64,000 bases of DNA from Hemiscyllium ocellatum (taxonomy: Eukaryota), in the NCBI RefSeq assembly GCF_020745735.1, contig NC_083417.1, positions 42,904,001 to 42,968,000 of the forward strand. The letters are read 5' to 3'. The translations under genes were made by a program, and so were the position numbers. Each line of letters opens with the position of its first letter. Position 1 is the stretch's first letter. A model generated the notes under the pieces. It was not told the DNA's origin. It worked only from the letters and a program-made list of their open reading frames with translations, and made no database searches. Of the stretch, positions 39,170-51,999 are shown one piece after another.

Positions 39170-41420
39170 TGTAGTACAGAGACGTAAGGGTTCAGGTACA
39201 TAATCACATAAAGATAGGGTGGTTAAGAAGTTGTATAGCAGACTTGCTTTTCATTGCTCAGACTATTGATTGTAGGAGTTGGGGCATTATGTTAAGGTTG
39301 TACAGGATGTTGGTGAGGCTTCTTCTGGAGTACTGTGTCCATTTTTGGTCGCCTTGATATAGGAAAGGTATTATGCTGGAGGTGGTTTAAAAGAGATGCA
39401 CCACGATGTTGCTGGGAATGGAGAGCTTAAGTTACAAGAAGAGGCTGGGACCGTAGGACATTGAGAGATGACCTGTACAGGTTTATAAAATACTGAGTAC
39501 AGATAAGGTGATTGACAGGTGTCTTTTCCCAAAGGTGAGGGATTTCAAGACTGGGACATAGAGTCATAGAGCTGTACAGCATGGAAGCAGAGCCTTTGGT
39601 CCAACTCGTCCATGCCGACCAAATATCCCAAATAAATCTACTCCCAATTCCCAATATTTGGCGCACAATCCTGTAAAACCTTCCTATTTATGTACCCATC
39701 CAGATGCCTTTTAAATGTTGTAATTGTACCAGCATCCACCACTTCCTATGGCAGCCCATTCCATACACATACCACTCTATGTGAAAAAGTTGCACTTAGG
39801 TCCGTTTTAAATCTTTCCCCCCTCATTTTAAACCTATGCCATTTAGTTGTGGATTCCCCCACCCCAGGGAAAAGACCTTGTCTATCCATGCCCCTCATGA
39901 TTCTGTAAGGTCACCCCTCAGCCTCTGACATGCCAGGGAAAATAGCCCCAGTCTATTCACCCTCTCCCTTTCGCTCAAACTCTCCAACTCTGGCAACACC
40001 TTTGTAAAACTTTTCTGAACCCTTTCAAGTTTCACAACGTCCTTTCTGCCAATGGGGGACTGGAATTGAACGCAGTATTCCAAAAGTGGCCAAACCAATG
40101 TTTGGAATCGTTGCAACATGGCCTCCCAACTCCCATAGTCAATGCACTGACCAATAAAGGCCAGCATATCAAATGCCTCTTCACTATCACGCCCAGGAGA
40201 AAGTGAGGACTGCAGATGCTAGAGTACCAGAATTGAAAAATGTGCTGGAAAAACACAGCAGGCCAGGCAGCATCCGAGGAGCAGGAGAATCGACGTGTCG
40301 GGCATTAGCCCTTCCTCAGGAGGGTGAGAGGAAAAATGCTTAAAAACATGAGGGGCAATTCTTTTCGTACAGAGTAGTTCATGTGAGGAAGGGCTTATGC
40401 CCGAAATGTCGATTCTCCTTCTCCTCGGATGCTGCCTGGCCTGCTGTGTTTTTCCAGCACCACATTTTTCAACTCACTATCACATCTGTCTGGTACTCCA
40501 CTTTCAAGGGACTAACAACCTGTACTCCAAGGTCTCTGTTCTGCAACACTCTCCAGAACCTTACCATTAAGATACAAATCCTGGCCTGATTTGCCTTTCC
40601 AAAATATAGTACCTCATTTTTATCTAAATTAAACTCCATCTGCTACTCCTTGGCCCATTGGCCCATCTGATCAAGGTCTCGTTGTACTCTGAGGTAACCT
40701 CCTTCACTGTCCACAACTCCAATTTTGGTGTTATCTGCAGACTTATGAACTATACCTCCTATGTTCACATTCAGATCATTTATATGAATAATGAAAAGCA
40801 GTGGACTCAGCACTCATCATTGTGTCATACTGCTGGTCACAGGCTTCCAGTCTGAAAAGCAACCCTCCCTTTCTCTTCTACCTTCAAGTCAGTTCTGTAT
40901 CCAAATGCCTAGTTCTCCCTGTATTCCATGTGACCTAACCCTGCTCATCAGTCTACTATGAAGAACGTTGTCAAGTGCCACATGGATCACATCCACCACT
41001 CTACCCTCATCAATCCTCCTCTTTACTACTTCAAAAAATTCCTTTAAATTAGTGAGACACAGTTTCCCACGCTGAAAGCCACTAATCAGTCCTTCCTTTT
41101 CCAAATTCATTTAAATCTTGTCCCTCCAGATTCCTTCCAACAATTTTCCCATCACTGATTCAGGCTCACAGGTCGAAAGGTCCCTGGCTTTTCCCCACCA
41201 TTTTTCTTAAGTAGTATTTTTAGGCTCAGAGGAAAAATGCTTAAAAACATGAGGGGCAATTCTTTTTGTACAGAGTAGTTCGTGTATGGAAGAACTTCCA
41301 AAAGAAGTGGTGGATGCAGGTACGTTACAGTAATTAAAAGAATCGTAGGCAGGTGGGGCTAGTTTAGTTTGGGATTATGGTTGGACTGAAGGATCTGTTT
41401 CTGTACTATTTGACTCTATC
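39170..41420. mobile_element. Nested CR1s: plus-strand copy (about 39170-39557 and 41215-41420) split by a minus-strand copy (about 39558-41213)
   Basis: The plus-strand consensus breaks at gactgggacata and resumes at ttttaggctcagagg; minus-strand ORFs 39895..40167 and 40889..41110. Confidence 0.85.
40191..40473. mobile_element. Inverted pair of Penelope termini with a captured spacer
   Basis: Duplication TCACTATCAC (40181-40190, 40474-40483); the arms are reverse complements. Confidence 0.88.
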
Positions 41421-41879
41421 TCATTTTGTTTATTTTACAGTTCGTCAATAAAATGTATTCTCATTGCAATTTTTAATGTTCTTTAAAATGTTCATTGCTA
41501 CTTACAAGATGCTTGTAAATATAAAATTTTACTCCTTGGTTAATTGTTATGATGGGACCAGGGTTATGTGACAAAATGATTAGTGATGCATAAGGTATGA
41601 AAGGTTGAGAGTTACTGCTTTTGGTGATGCTAACATCTTGCTTCAGGGTCATTTTCTCACTCTCTGTTCTAGGTGCTGCTGACTGCTGCAGATTGTTGAT
41701 GCATCCACTGACTTTGTAATCTTTTTCAATTTAAAAATATATGTCCAGTTCTTTTGCTATTTCTTTGCTCCTCTTTATAACTCTCTCAGCTTCTGACTGT
41801 TGTCTTTATTGATATTTTTCTGTTCACTGAAATATAGAAGCTTTTACAGTAGTTTCTATGTTCCCTGCAGAATTTGACA

Positions 41880-43050
41880 GAGTCAGCGTGGATTTATAAA
41901 AAGAGAAATCATGCTTGACAAATCTGCTGGAATTCTTTGAGGATATAATTTGTAGAGTTGATGAAGGGGAGCCAAAGGATGTGGACTTTAAGAAGACTTT
42001 TGCAAAGTCCCATATAAGAGCTTAGTGTGTAAAGTTAAAGTTCATAGAATTGGAGATAGTGTATTGAGATAGATAGAATACCAGTTGGCAGACAGGAAAC
42101 AAAGTGTTGGAATAAATGATATTTTTTAGTGACCCACAGTGACTAATGGGGTATTGTCGGGATCCATGCTGGGACCCCAACTATTCACAACATTGGTTCC
42201 CTCATTTAAATAATTACCCAAATATAACATCTCCAGATTTGTACATGAGGCAAAGGTGAATGAGAGGGTGAACTGTGAGGAGGATGTAGAGGTGCTTCAG
42301 TGTGACTTGGATAAGAAGAGTTAATAGGCAAGTGCATGGCAAGTGAAATATAATGTGGGTAAATGTGAGGTCATTCACTTTGAGAGCAAAAATAGGAAGG
42401 AGGGGAATGTGCAATGAGATCTGGGTGTCCTCCTATACCAGTCACTGAAGGTCAGCATTGCAGGTGCAGCAGAAGGTGAATGACATGTTGGCCTTCATAG
42501 CGAAAGCATTTGAATACAAGAATGGAGATGTCCTGCTAAAATTGTGCAGGGTATTGGTGAGACCACACCTGGAATATTGCATGCAGTTTTGGTGAGGATG
42601 GATGCTCTTGTTACAGAGAGAGTACAGAGAAGGTATACTAGACTGATTCTGGGGATAGCATGTATGAGGTGAGGTTGAATATATTAGCAGGAGTTCAGGA
42701 GTATGTTGGGTGGGATTGCATAGAAACCGATAAAATTCTAACAGGACTAGACAGGGTAGATGAAGAATGATGGGTAGTTCAGAACCAGGGGTCACTGTCC
42801 AAGGATACGGTGTGAATAATTGCAGAGTCAGATGAGAAGTTTCTTCACCCAGAGCGTGTTGAGCCTGTGGAGTTTGCTACCACAGAGAGTCGAGACAAAA
42901 TATTGTATAATTTCCACAATGATTGCATATTGTACTTGGGGCCAAGGGGATCAGGTATATGCTGAAAAGCAGGAACAGGTTATTGAATTGGATGATCAGC
43001 CAGTGATCAGGTGGAGCAGACTCGAAAGACCTCTTATTTTCTGTTCCTAC
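41880..43050 (+). mobile_element. CR1 RT fragment
   Basis: aaatcatgcttgacaaatctgctggaattctttgaggat (KSCLTNLLEFFED). Confidence 0.85.
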
Positions 43051-43425
43051 GTATATAAGGACTGAGGACGAGGAAGAGGAAGGGAGAAGGTATTCAAATG
43101 TATACAAAAGTATAACAGGAAATACCTTCTGCTGAGTTAATTCTTGTTTTCATTCAGTGCATTAATACTGTGTAATATTTTTGTAATATAAGTAAAGAAT
43201 TCAATTGAAGTTTGCATATATTTGACTGTTACAAAACCAATTGACGCCAATATGAAACATAGCTTTATAATACAATTTTCTTTACTGTGTTCTGTTGAGG
43301 AATTTGTCATTCTTAGAATTAATAACTAGTTTCTTACGTGGAGCCTCTCAAAGAACAGGACCAATGTCAAGAGTCTCTAGTTTTAATTGATGAATACTTA
43401 GCGTTCCTTAACATGTTACTTGCAG

Positions 43426-43480
43426 CATTGCTGCAAGATGTCGAACTGTTTTGGCAGAATACAATATGTCTTGTGATGAT
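43426..43480 (+). CDS. CNEP1R1: CNEP1R1 exon 5 (IAARCRTVLAEYNMSCDD)
   Basis: Protein match; donor gtaagt. Confidence 0.97.
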
Positions 43481-43744
43481 GTAAGTATTTGTAAACAAAG
43501 TCAGACTGCCTGGGGAATGCATTAAACCCCATATTGTTTTATCTTTAAGTTGAAGTCCTGACTAATTTGAGTTAGACAATCATTTGCTTTTTCTGTATAA
43601 GTGAATAAGTATTTGAATTTTGGTTTGTTGCTGGTTTGAAACAAAACTGTTCTAAGACTTAGGAGTTTTTTTTATATATTTGTATGGATTTTTCTTTTTA
43701 AAAAGATTGTTTTAATCTTTCTTTAACTGCATGAGTTAAAAACC

Positions 43745-44380
43745 CTCTGCGTGAAAAAGTTGCACCCTAGGTCCATTTTAAATATTTTAAACCCATGTTC
43801 TTCAATTTTGGACTCCCCTACACTGGGGAAAAACCTTGGTTATTCATCCATGCCCCTCATGATAATATAAACCTCCGCCTCTGACACACCAGAGAAAACA
43901 GCCTCAGCCTATTCAGCCTCTCCCTATAGCTCAAGCCCTCCAACCTGGCAACGTCATTGTAAATCTTTTCTGAACCTTTCCAAGTTTCACATCTTTCCTA
44001 TAGCTCGGAGAGCAGAATTGCATTCAGTATTCCAAAAGAGGCCTAATCAATGTCCTGTACAGCTGGAACATGATCTCCCAACTCCTATACGCAATGCATT
44101 GACCAGTGAAAGCAAGTGTACCAAACGGCGCCCTCACTATCCTATCTAAATGTGACACTACTTTCAAGGAACTATGAACTTGCACTCCAAGGTCTCTTTG
44201 TTCATCACCATTCCCCACGACCTTACCATTAAGTCCTGCCCTGATTTGCCTTACTAAAATGCAGCACATCATTTATCTAAATTAAACTTCATCTGCCTTT
44301 CCTTTACCCACTTACCAATCTAATCAAGATTCCATTGTGCTCTGAGATATCCTCCTTCGCTGTCCGCTACACTCTTAACA
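43745..44380 (-). mobile_element. CR1 fragment
   Basis: QRDLGVQVHSSLKV..LYRTLIRPLLEY. Confidence 0.85.
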
Positions 44381-45547
44381 CTGTCCACTCTTAGTTAGAT
44401 TTGTTGAATTCCATACTTTCACTCTTAGGATGAGCTTTAGAAGTGTATTCATTATTAAATGTAGCCGTAACTGAGTCCAGCTAGCTATTATAGTCCTGCT
44501 ACTGTGACCTTTCAAATTGGTCCAAGCCTCAAATCAGTAGTTTTAGGGGATTTAATGCAGTTCAGAGCTTTGTATTTTAATTGTTTAGAAACAATATGAA
44601 TCTGCCTTCTTGTGAACTGCTCAAGAGGTGATTGCTTTATTTGTGTGTTCCTACACCCTTTGACAAATTCCTAGCTGGCTGAATAGGAAAGGAGCAATAT
44701 CACAAACACACTTCATCAATGACTTACTTCATTAGTTACTGAATGAGGCATCAAATTGAGTCAGTGATGATTACTTTCAAATTCACTTATCCTTTTCAAA
44801 ATATCTGATCTAAAATCAACCTAAAATCTGATTCTAATCCAGCAATTAATGTGGAATAAAATCAAAGTTTTGGAGAAATTCAGGTCTGGCATTACCTGTG
44901 GAGAGAGAAACAGAATTAATGTTTCTCATCGAATTTGATTCTTCTGTTTTATTTCAGATCTCTAGACTGTACAGCATTTTGCTTTTATAACCACTAACGT
45001 GGGTTAATGACTTGATTCATCTTTGGCAATGAGACTGTTTGTCTTCTCGTATCGTTGGAAGGTTGCATCTGTTGTCCCTAGGTCTTAACTATGCCTTAAG
45101 AAACAAGGACTTCATTCTTCTCACACTTGTCTAATTCAGTGGGAATGTTTTATAAGCGGATTTGTTACATCATTTGTTTGAGTTTCTGACATAACCACCA
45201 CCCAGTAAAGTGCTAACATTTAGCAATAACTGATCTGTCAGATTTTGGGCATACGTATACCATAACTGTAGTGCATAACAATTTCCCATTGGTACCACAA
45301 TTATAATGTAAAAGGAACCTCATTCTGGAGTCAGGGCCAGCTCTGACCTAACACTAAAGATAATGAGGGAAATTGTAGGGGTTGAGTGAAACAGAAGCAG
45401 TAGTAGATAGAGGCAGAAACTAACTAGAAACTATAAAATAGAAAAGGGAACACACTTACCAATATCGAAATCTTTGACCTGATGAGCATAACATTTTTCG
45501 AGATAAAACAAACAACTTTGGATACTGGAGATGTGAAACAAAGTTTT

Positions 45548-45640
45548 CATTGAAGGGTCACTGGACTCGAACGTTAACTCTGTTTTCTCTCCACAGATGC
45601 TGCCAGACCTGCTGAAATTCTCGAGCAATTTCTGTTTTTG
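45548..45640 (+). mobile_element. Older Penelope-family terminal fragment (related remnants near 44855-44990 and 54355-54460)
   Basis: tgaagggtcactggactcgaacgtt...cagatgctgccagacctgctg, a degenerate hammerhead layout. Confidence 0.55.
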
Positions 45641-45958
45641 TATGTTTTAGATTTTTAGAAATACTGGCTTTCATCCAAGTAAAGCAATTAATCTGATTGT
45701 CAAGAATAGCCTGAGGCTTGAGGGAAGGTACATGGTTGTGCTTGTATCCCCATTTGACAGTGTTTTGTCCATGATATCAATCCTTCTACCTTGAACAACA
45801 TTACTGTTAGTTTGGCTTATGAATCTGTTTTAATTTGCTGTTCATTTCACATCAGGGATGACTTTTCAAGCTATCAACTATTTTATGCAGTAAATCTTTT
45901 GTTTTCTGAATGTTTGAAAACTTTTTTTTGTAACTTCAATATTTTTTAATCTGTCTAG

Positions 45959-46000
45959 ACTGGAAAACTAATATTAAAGCCCAGGCCCCATGTCCAGTGA
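45959..46000 (+). CDS. CNEP1R1: CNEP1R1 exon 6 (TGKLILKPRPHVQ*)
   Basis: Protein C-terminus and TGA; total CDS 378 nt = 125 aa; AATAAA at 46083 and 46958. Confidence 0.97.
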   Translation, partial: TGKLILKPRPHVQ

Positions 46001-48829
46001 TGAATACATGTGCCAGTCGTACCGTGGCATCTCGGGGGGAAAAAAAATCTAAGTTCAGTTCAACTGTGACACTGCACAAGTCAATAAATGCACTGTTCAT
46101 TTTCATGTCAATATTGGAATTTTCAGTGAAAGTTCTCTAGAACAGAGAATAATCTACAGCAATAGCAATGCATTTTGTAAAATCTGGTATTGCAGCTAGC
46201 AGTTTAGAGATTTAGGATCACTTGGTATGAAATACAATATTAAATTTGTATTTAAATCTTGCCAGATTACTTTAATTTATTAGGTTCTAGGTTCTTTATA
46301 TTTTAACTTCTGGGTTGGACTGCTCATTTTATTATGGATAAGCTTTTGTAACTATTTTGTGACTCAGACTCAAATTACAACATTAAGGATTTAAAACTGT
46401 GACCAATTCCCATTGTGAATTGGGCTGAACTATATCAGGAATTGTTCCAACAAGATTGCTCAACCATTGTTGCATGCCTTTGTTCTTTTAAACAGTTACT
46501 TTTTCTTCTTTTCGTGTATAAAGTTGAGATGTTCTGTTGCTACGTTACCTTTACTGTTCAACAGGCATTTGTATCTTTATTTTACTTAGACCGAGTTGAT
46601 TCAGAAATGGATCAGCAAAGCTTTGGTTGAGACCTTGAATTTTTCAATCTGCTGAATTGTGTTTTGTACAAATTTATTTATAGGAAGGGATCATTTGTTT
46701 CATTTGCCATGCAAACTGTTGCATATAAGGTTATAATTTTACTCCGCAATTATGCAGTCTGTATAACCATGCAGAAACGATTGTTTCAATCTTGCCGTCG
46801 TTTATGTTATCTTGCATTGTAATTCTGGATTCTGTTGCAGTTCTACTCTTGCCTCTTTGTATTTTAATGACTGATTTAAAGTTTTTAAATTGTAAAAACA
46901 TCATGACTTTGTAAATGCTTTTCAGGCACTTGAATTTTGTCGACCTGTGTACATAGCAATAAACAATTTATATGAAAATGATTGCTTGATCATAATGCAA
47001 TTATTGTTTTAATTAATCTGTTAATCTAGAAAACTTCATGAATAATGGATTCCATTTATGAAAAGCCAGTACTGTTGTGCATGAACTACAGTTAACTCCT
47101 GTTGGACACCAGGAAGACCAGAGCAATTGTATGAAGTATTGCCAAAAGCTCTGGTACTTCCTTCATCCCCTTCCTTGGCTGTTCATCCAGGCTTTATGTA
47201 CTCAATCTTGTGAGAAGATGAACTTCAAATAATACATCACATCCATTCTTCACCAAGATTTTATTTTAGCATCTTTACAACATTGCCTGTTTCCAACACA
47301 CTGCTGTCAAAATATATCATGATGCTTTTAAGAACATTTGTCATTTTTTGATCAGTTTCACCAGTACCTTTGCCAGGTGACTGACTCCTTTCTTCCTCAG
47401 ATTCCAACTTATTTTAAACTTCACAGCCTGCTTCTTGTCAATTCAGCCATCGTCCCTTATTCCTGGTGTAATGACACAATCTCTTAAAGCATTGAATTAA
47501 AATTCTCGACTTTGCTTGTTTCTCTTTACAGGCTTGCCTTGTGCTACTTTACAAACTGCTTCCAGCTTTCCATTCCCTCCTGTGCCCTCATCTTCGGGAC
47601 TTAAGCACTCCTCCTTTCCTTCAATCCCACAAGTAGTGACTGAGCTTCCTGATGCTTGGGCCCCATTTGAAACATCTTTCACATTCATGATTTTGGTTTA
47701 TCTCCATCAATGAATGTTCTCTGAAAATGAATAGCTCTGTACTTGGAGAATTTTTCAACCTTGTTTGTTTGCATTAAAGGAATAAAATAATCAACATTAC
47801 GAATTTAAAGACCATACGGTACAAATTTAGAGAAGAAAAAGATTCTTACGACACTATGAATCTACTTACATGAAGCAATCATTTGTAATGCAAACTCTTG
47901 CATGTGAAGGCTATGATTTTACTCCTTAATTGGAGACTGAAGCAAAGGTCACAGGAAATTGGAAGTTATTACTAACTTTGTGCTGCACAGCATGATCAGC
48001 AGATTACCTACTTGCTGCCAATGGTGAGAGAGAGACCACATTTTGAAATTTACTGGGTGCCAATTTAGGTCAGTAAAGTAACCAAACCAAACTCCTTTTG
48101 GTCACAGGAGTTGTAAGTAAGGATATGTGCATTAGTTTCGAATGACTCAAGTTGTAGAGTAGAATGTGGGAGACTGGTTCAGAGTTCTTTGGAATATTCA
48201 AGTCTAGAGGTAACTGACGATCAAAGCAGCAGGGGCCCATATAGGTGCTGTTACAGAGGTGGTAATAGCGTGTTAGTCATAACACATGGAGCTGGAACCT
48301 CACATCTGTCAAGTGTGAAACTAAGGTTGCCAACAATCCAGATCAGCCTCATAATCACCAGAGAGACGGATGGAGTTTGGGTTGGGAATCATTTATCGCA
48401 GGAACTGAAAACCAGGACCTCAGTCTTCCCAATATTTGTTAGAATAATTTACTACTCCAGTACTGCACTTTTGATGGAATTCACTGAATGGCAGCACATA
48501 GATGAGGAAGTGGAGCAGGTCACAGTTTCATCCTTGAGGGAAATTGGATGTAAACTGCATGGGTGAAAGGAAAAGCTTTTGCAGGTGAATATCTGGTTAT
48601 AAATGGAGAGGTGAGAGAGGATTGAGTTGATCTATCCAACTGGATCGCAGTGGAAAAACATTGGAAGAAAATGTTATGATCGAATCAAAACTATGCTGAT
48701 TAAAAACAACAAATTAAATGCCCAAGTTATTTTGAAGTAACATAAATACAAAATATAAATACCGCTGATCCTGAAATAAAATCATTCTAATAGAAATGTT
48801 CAGCAGGTTTGACCCGAGCTTTTACTAGT

Positions 48830-50010
48830 TTCAGTTCAGTGACCTTTCAGCTAAGCACACATGGAGCTTTGACATAACAAGAGATTCTCAGAAGCGTTAT
48901 GAAACAAAATGTGGAGCTGTGCCGGGTGAAGATGTTAATAACATAACCCTATCGAAGGTCTTAAGGAATATCTTTAATGATCTGAGTGAGGCAGAGAAAT
49001 AGTGATGTTTAAGAAGAGAAATGTGGAACTGAGACATTTGGCAGCTGAATGCTTGATAAAGCAATTAAATCAGTGGTGTTGAAAAGGCCAGAATTACACA
49101 AGTGTAGTTATCATTTGAGTGGCTTAGTGCAGGTTGCAAAAATGGGAAAGGGTAAGACTGGAGCGATGAAAACTAGAATGAGAATTTTAAAATTGAGGCT
49201 TTGTTTATTTGGGAGCCCCCACAGATCAATGAGCACAGAGGTGGTAGGTAATGAGACATGCTGTGAATTAGGATTTGGGCAGCAAGAATTTTGGATGATC
49301 TCCAGTTCAGTGGAGGTAGAACATTCGAAAGCATCTCAACATTTGTTGAAATTATTAAATCCAGAGAAGGACATATAGATTAGATTAGATTACTTACAGT
49401 GTGGAAACAGGCCCTCCGGCCCAACAAGTCCACACCGACCCGCCGAAGCGCAACCCACCCATACCCATATATTTACCCCTTACCTAACCCTACGGGCAAT
49501 TTAGCATGGCCAATTCACCTGACCCACACATCTTTGGACTGTGGGAGGAAACCGGAGCACCCGGAGGAAACCCACGCAGACACGGGGAGAATGTGCAAAC
49601 TCCACACAGTCAGTCGCCTGAGTCGGGAATTGAACCCGGGTCTTCAGGCGCTGTGAGGCAGCAGTGCTAACCACTGTGCCACCGTGCCACCCACTATATA
49701 GTTTGCAGTCAAATATGATCTGGTTTTGCTAAGAGTTTAGTAGAGTGGTATGAATCTAAAACAGAGGGATTCAAACAGTCTGGGAAAGGTGGGCCTGGTA
49801 ATACTTTCAAGGACTTTGGAGATGAAAGGGAGGGAGCTTATAAGGATGAAGGATTCAAGTTTAGTGTTTTTTTTAAGAGGGGTGATTATGCCAGATTTAT
49901 GAGAAGGGGACAAAAAGTGAGGGGAGAGAGTCATTAATAATGTCAGCTAACAAAGAAGCCAGAGAGTGAAACTAGATGGTTAATGTTGCAGTGAGAATAA
50001 GATCAAATGA
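48830..50010 (-). mobile_element. Old L2-like LINE remnant, split by an HE1 SINE
   Basis: Minus-strand ISSLPFISKVLE motif (ORF 49737..49934); degraded. Confidence 0.5.
49377..49692 (-). mobile_element. HE1-type V-SINE
   Basis: Reverse complement of the same consensus. Confidence 0.9.
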
Positions 50011-50859
50011 ATAGGAGGAAGGTCTCAAGACAAGATAAGCTTGCAGAGAGCTTGAGAGCAGAAAGCACAGAAACCAGTGAAAGATATAAGTTCAGAGATA
50101 ACACAGGCAGTCCTTGGAGAAGTTTGCCCTAATTGGGCTCAGGGAAAGGAAGAAAGTAGCAGACGTGCAGAATTAGATGGTATCGATTTTTGTTACATAG
50201 TATATGAGTTCCTCATGCTTCATGGTAATGAGAGTGAAGACAGCAAATTAACAGGACTATTTGCAGTGTAGAAAATATTTGGGGATATTCTTTGCAGTCA
50301 GGATGATCTTGAAATAGTAAACATCTTTGCACTCAAGAATAGGACTGAGTAGTTCTTTATGTGGACCAGTCAGAACTGACAGTGTACAGTTAAGCCAGTA
50401 ACGCACCATATCTACACATCTTGGAGAATAGAGGCAAATGCTATACCAAGGCAACAGTCAGGATAAGAGAGAGTATTAGTTTTGATGGAAATTATTGCAT
50501 CAACAATGAATGTGCCATTAATCATTTTAGTGTGTGATAGCCACTGTCAGAGGTCAGGAATCCAGAATATTGGATTGTCCACTTTGCTGATCAATCCCCA
50601 CAGATGCATGCTTACAAAAATGGCTATGATCTTGTGGCCAGCTGGTATAAAAATGAGTATGGCAGAGAACACTACAGGAATTGTATAAATTATTATTTTT
50701 AATGCAGTTTAAGTAATAATTACTATTAAAAATTGTACTGATCACTTATGAGAGCTGTGGTAATTAATAAATGTCCTATAATAACCAATAGCAATATCAA
50801 TAATTTCAGCCCAATTTACCAGCAGTGGAACAATAAACTATTTATGTTTATCTGTGGCA

Positions 50860-51920
50860 CCCATTTGTGGCACCCATTTCCCAAAGAGCTCAAGTCTTTC
50901 TCAATACATGTCTATGCATTCTTCTGAGAAAATAATGCAGATCTGGAGCTCTGCTTTCAGGCTGTCTGCTTCCAATCTGTTCTTCCAATTTCTCCAAGGA
51001 GTGATCATGAAGAAAATACTTGATGTAAGAGCACCATTGCAAGATATGGAAAGTGTTGATTTTCTTCATGGTGAAGGGGATAAACAATCACTTGCCCAGT
51101 TCTTTCCCAAAGAACATGACCTCGCTTTTGCCTCGATTTACCTTGATTCCCAATGTCAGTTCAAATGGCCCGCAGACGCTCACAAGTGTGCACATCAACA
51201 GCAAATCTGAGCAGAATTTGGCAGTGTCATTGATATACAGGGAGGCTTTGACCTGGAATAGTTACCTCTCTCGGGGCTTACATCCTTCCTGACGGACTCA
51301 GCAAAATGTTCTATATAACATACAAACAAGGCAGCAGAAAGTGGACAACCCTGCCTGACTCCAGATCTAATTGGGAGACTCTCACCTTTGATTGAGATTG
51401 CACTAATGATGTTGGTGTCGAGCAATGGCTTGTGGATTCCCTCCTCAAAGCCCATTTTGGAGAGTACATCCACATGTAGGTGTGTGACATTCTGTCAAAG
51501 AACTTCTCCTGGTTCAGGCTAATGATCCCACTATCCTGGACATAGGTGATCATATCCCTGAGGAATGCAAGACTCTCAGAGATCATCCTGTCTGGTACAG
51601 GGTTTGGTCAGGGTGAATCAGTGATCCCAGAGCAGACCTCACCCAGTTTGGTGATGACCCTGGACAGAATGTTGTAATCTGATTTCAGCACTGAGATCCA
51701 TCATCAATTTCTAGTTTCCACCCTTATCCCCTTCTCCTTGTAGAGGAGAGTGATGATATCATTTTGCTTCCGACAGAGGCATACTCCCGTACACCTCCAG
51801 CAGGTCCTGGCCAATCATGACGCACAGAGCTGAATAAAGCACCGGTAAGCTGTCACTTTGGTATTTTACTCGTCTCAAAGGACTTGAGGGCTTTATTCAG
51901 TTTATCCAGAGATAATATCA
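50860..51920 (-). mobile_element. Tx1/L1-clade LINE RT remnant
   Basis: SLNQEKFFDRMSH (cf. LDQEKAFDRV) and SGVRQGCPLS motifs. Confidence 0.8.
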
Positions 51921-51999
51921 TATGGAGTGCATTATATTAACCGAAAACTGGTATCTGTGATAATGGGGACCTCAAAAGAGGCTGACATAGATCATCGCT

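Larger units (their letters stand above)
37016..43425 (+). other. CNEP1R1: U12-type (minor spliceosome) GT-AG intron 4 of CNEP1R1
   Basis: 5' splice site GTATCCTTT (37016-37024); branch site TTCCTTAAC (43404-43412) ending 13 nt before the exon; no polypyrimidine tract. Confidence 0.95.
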
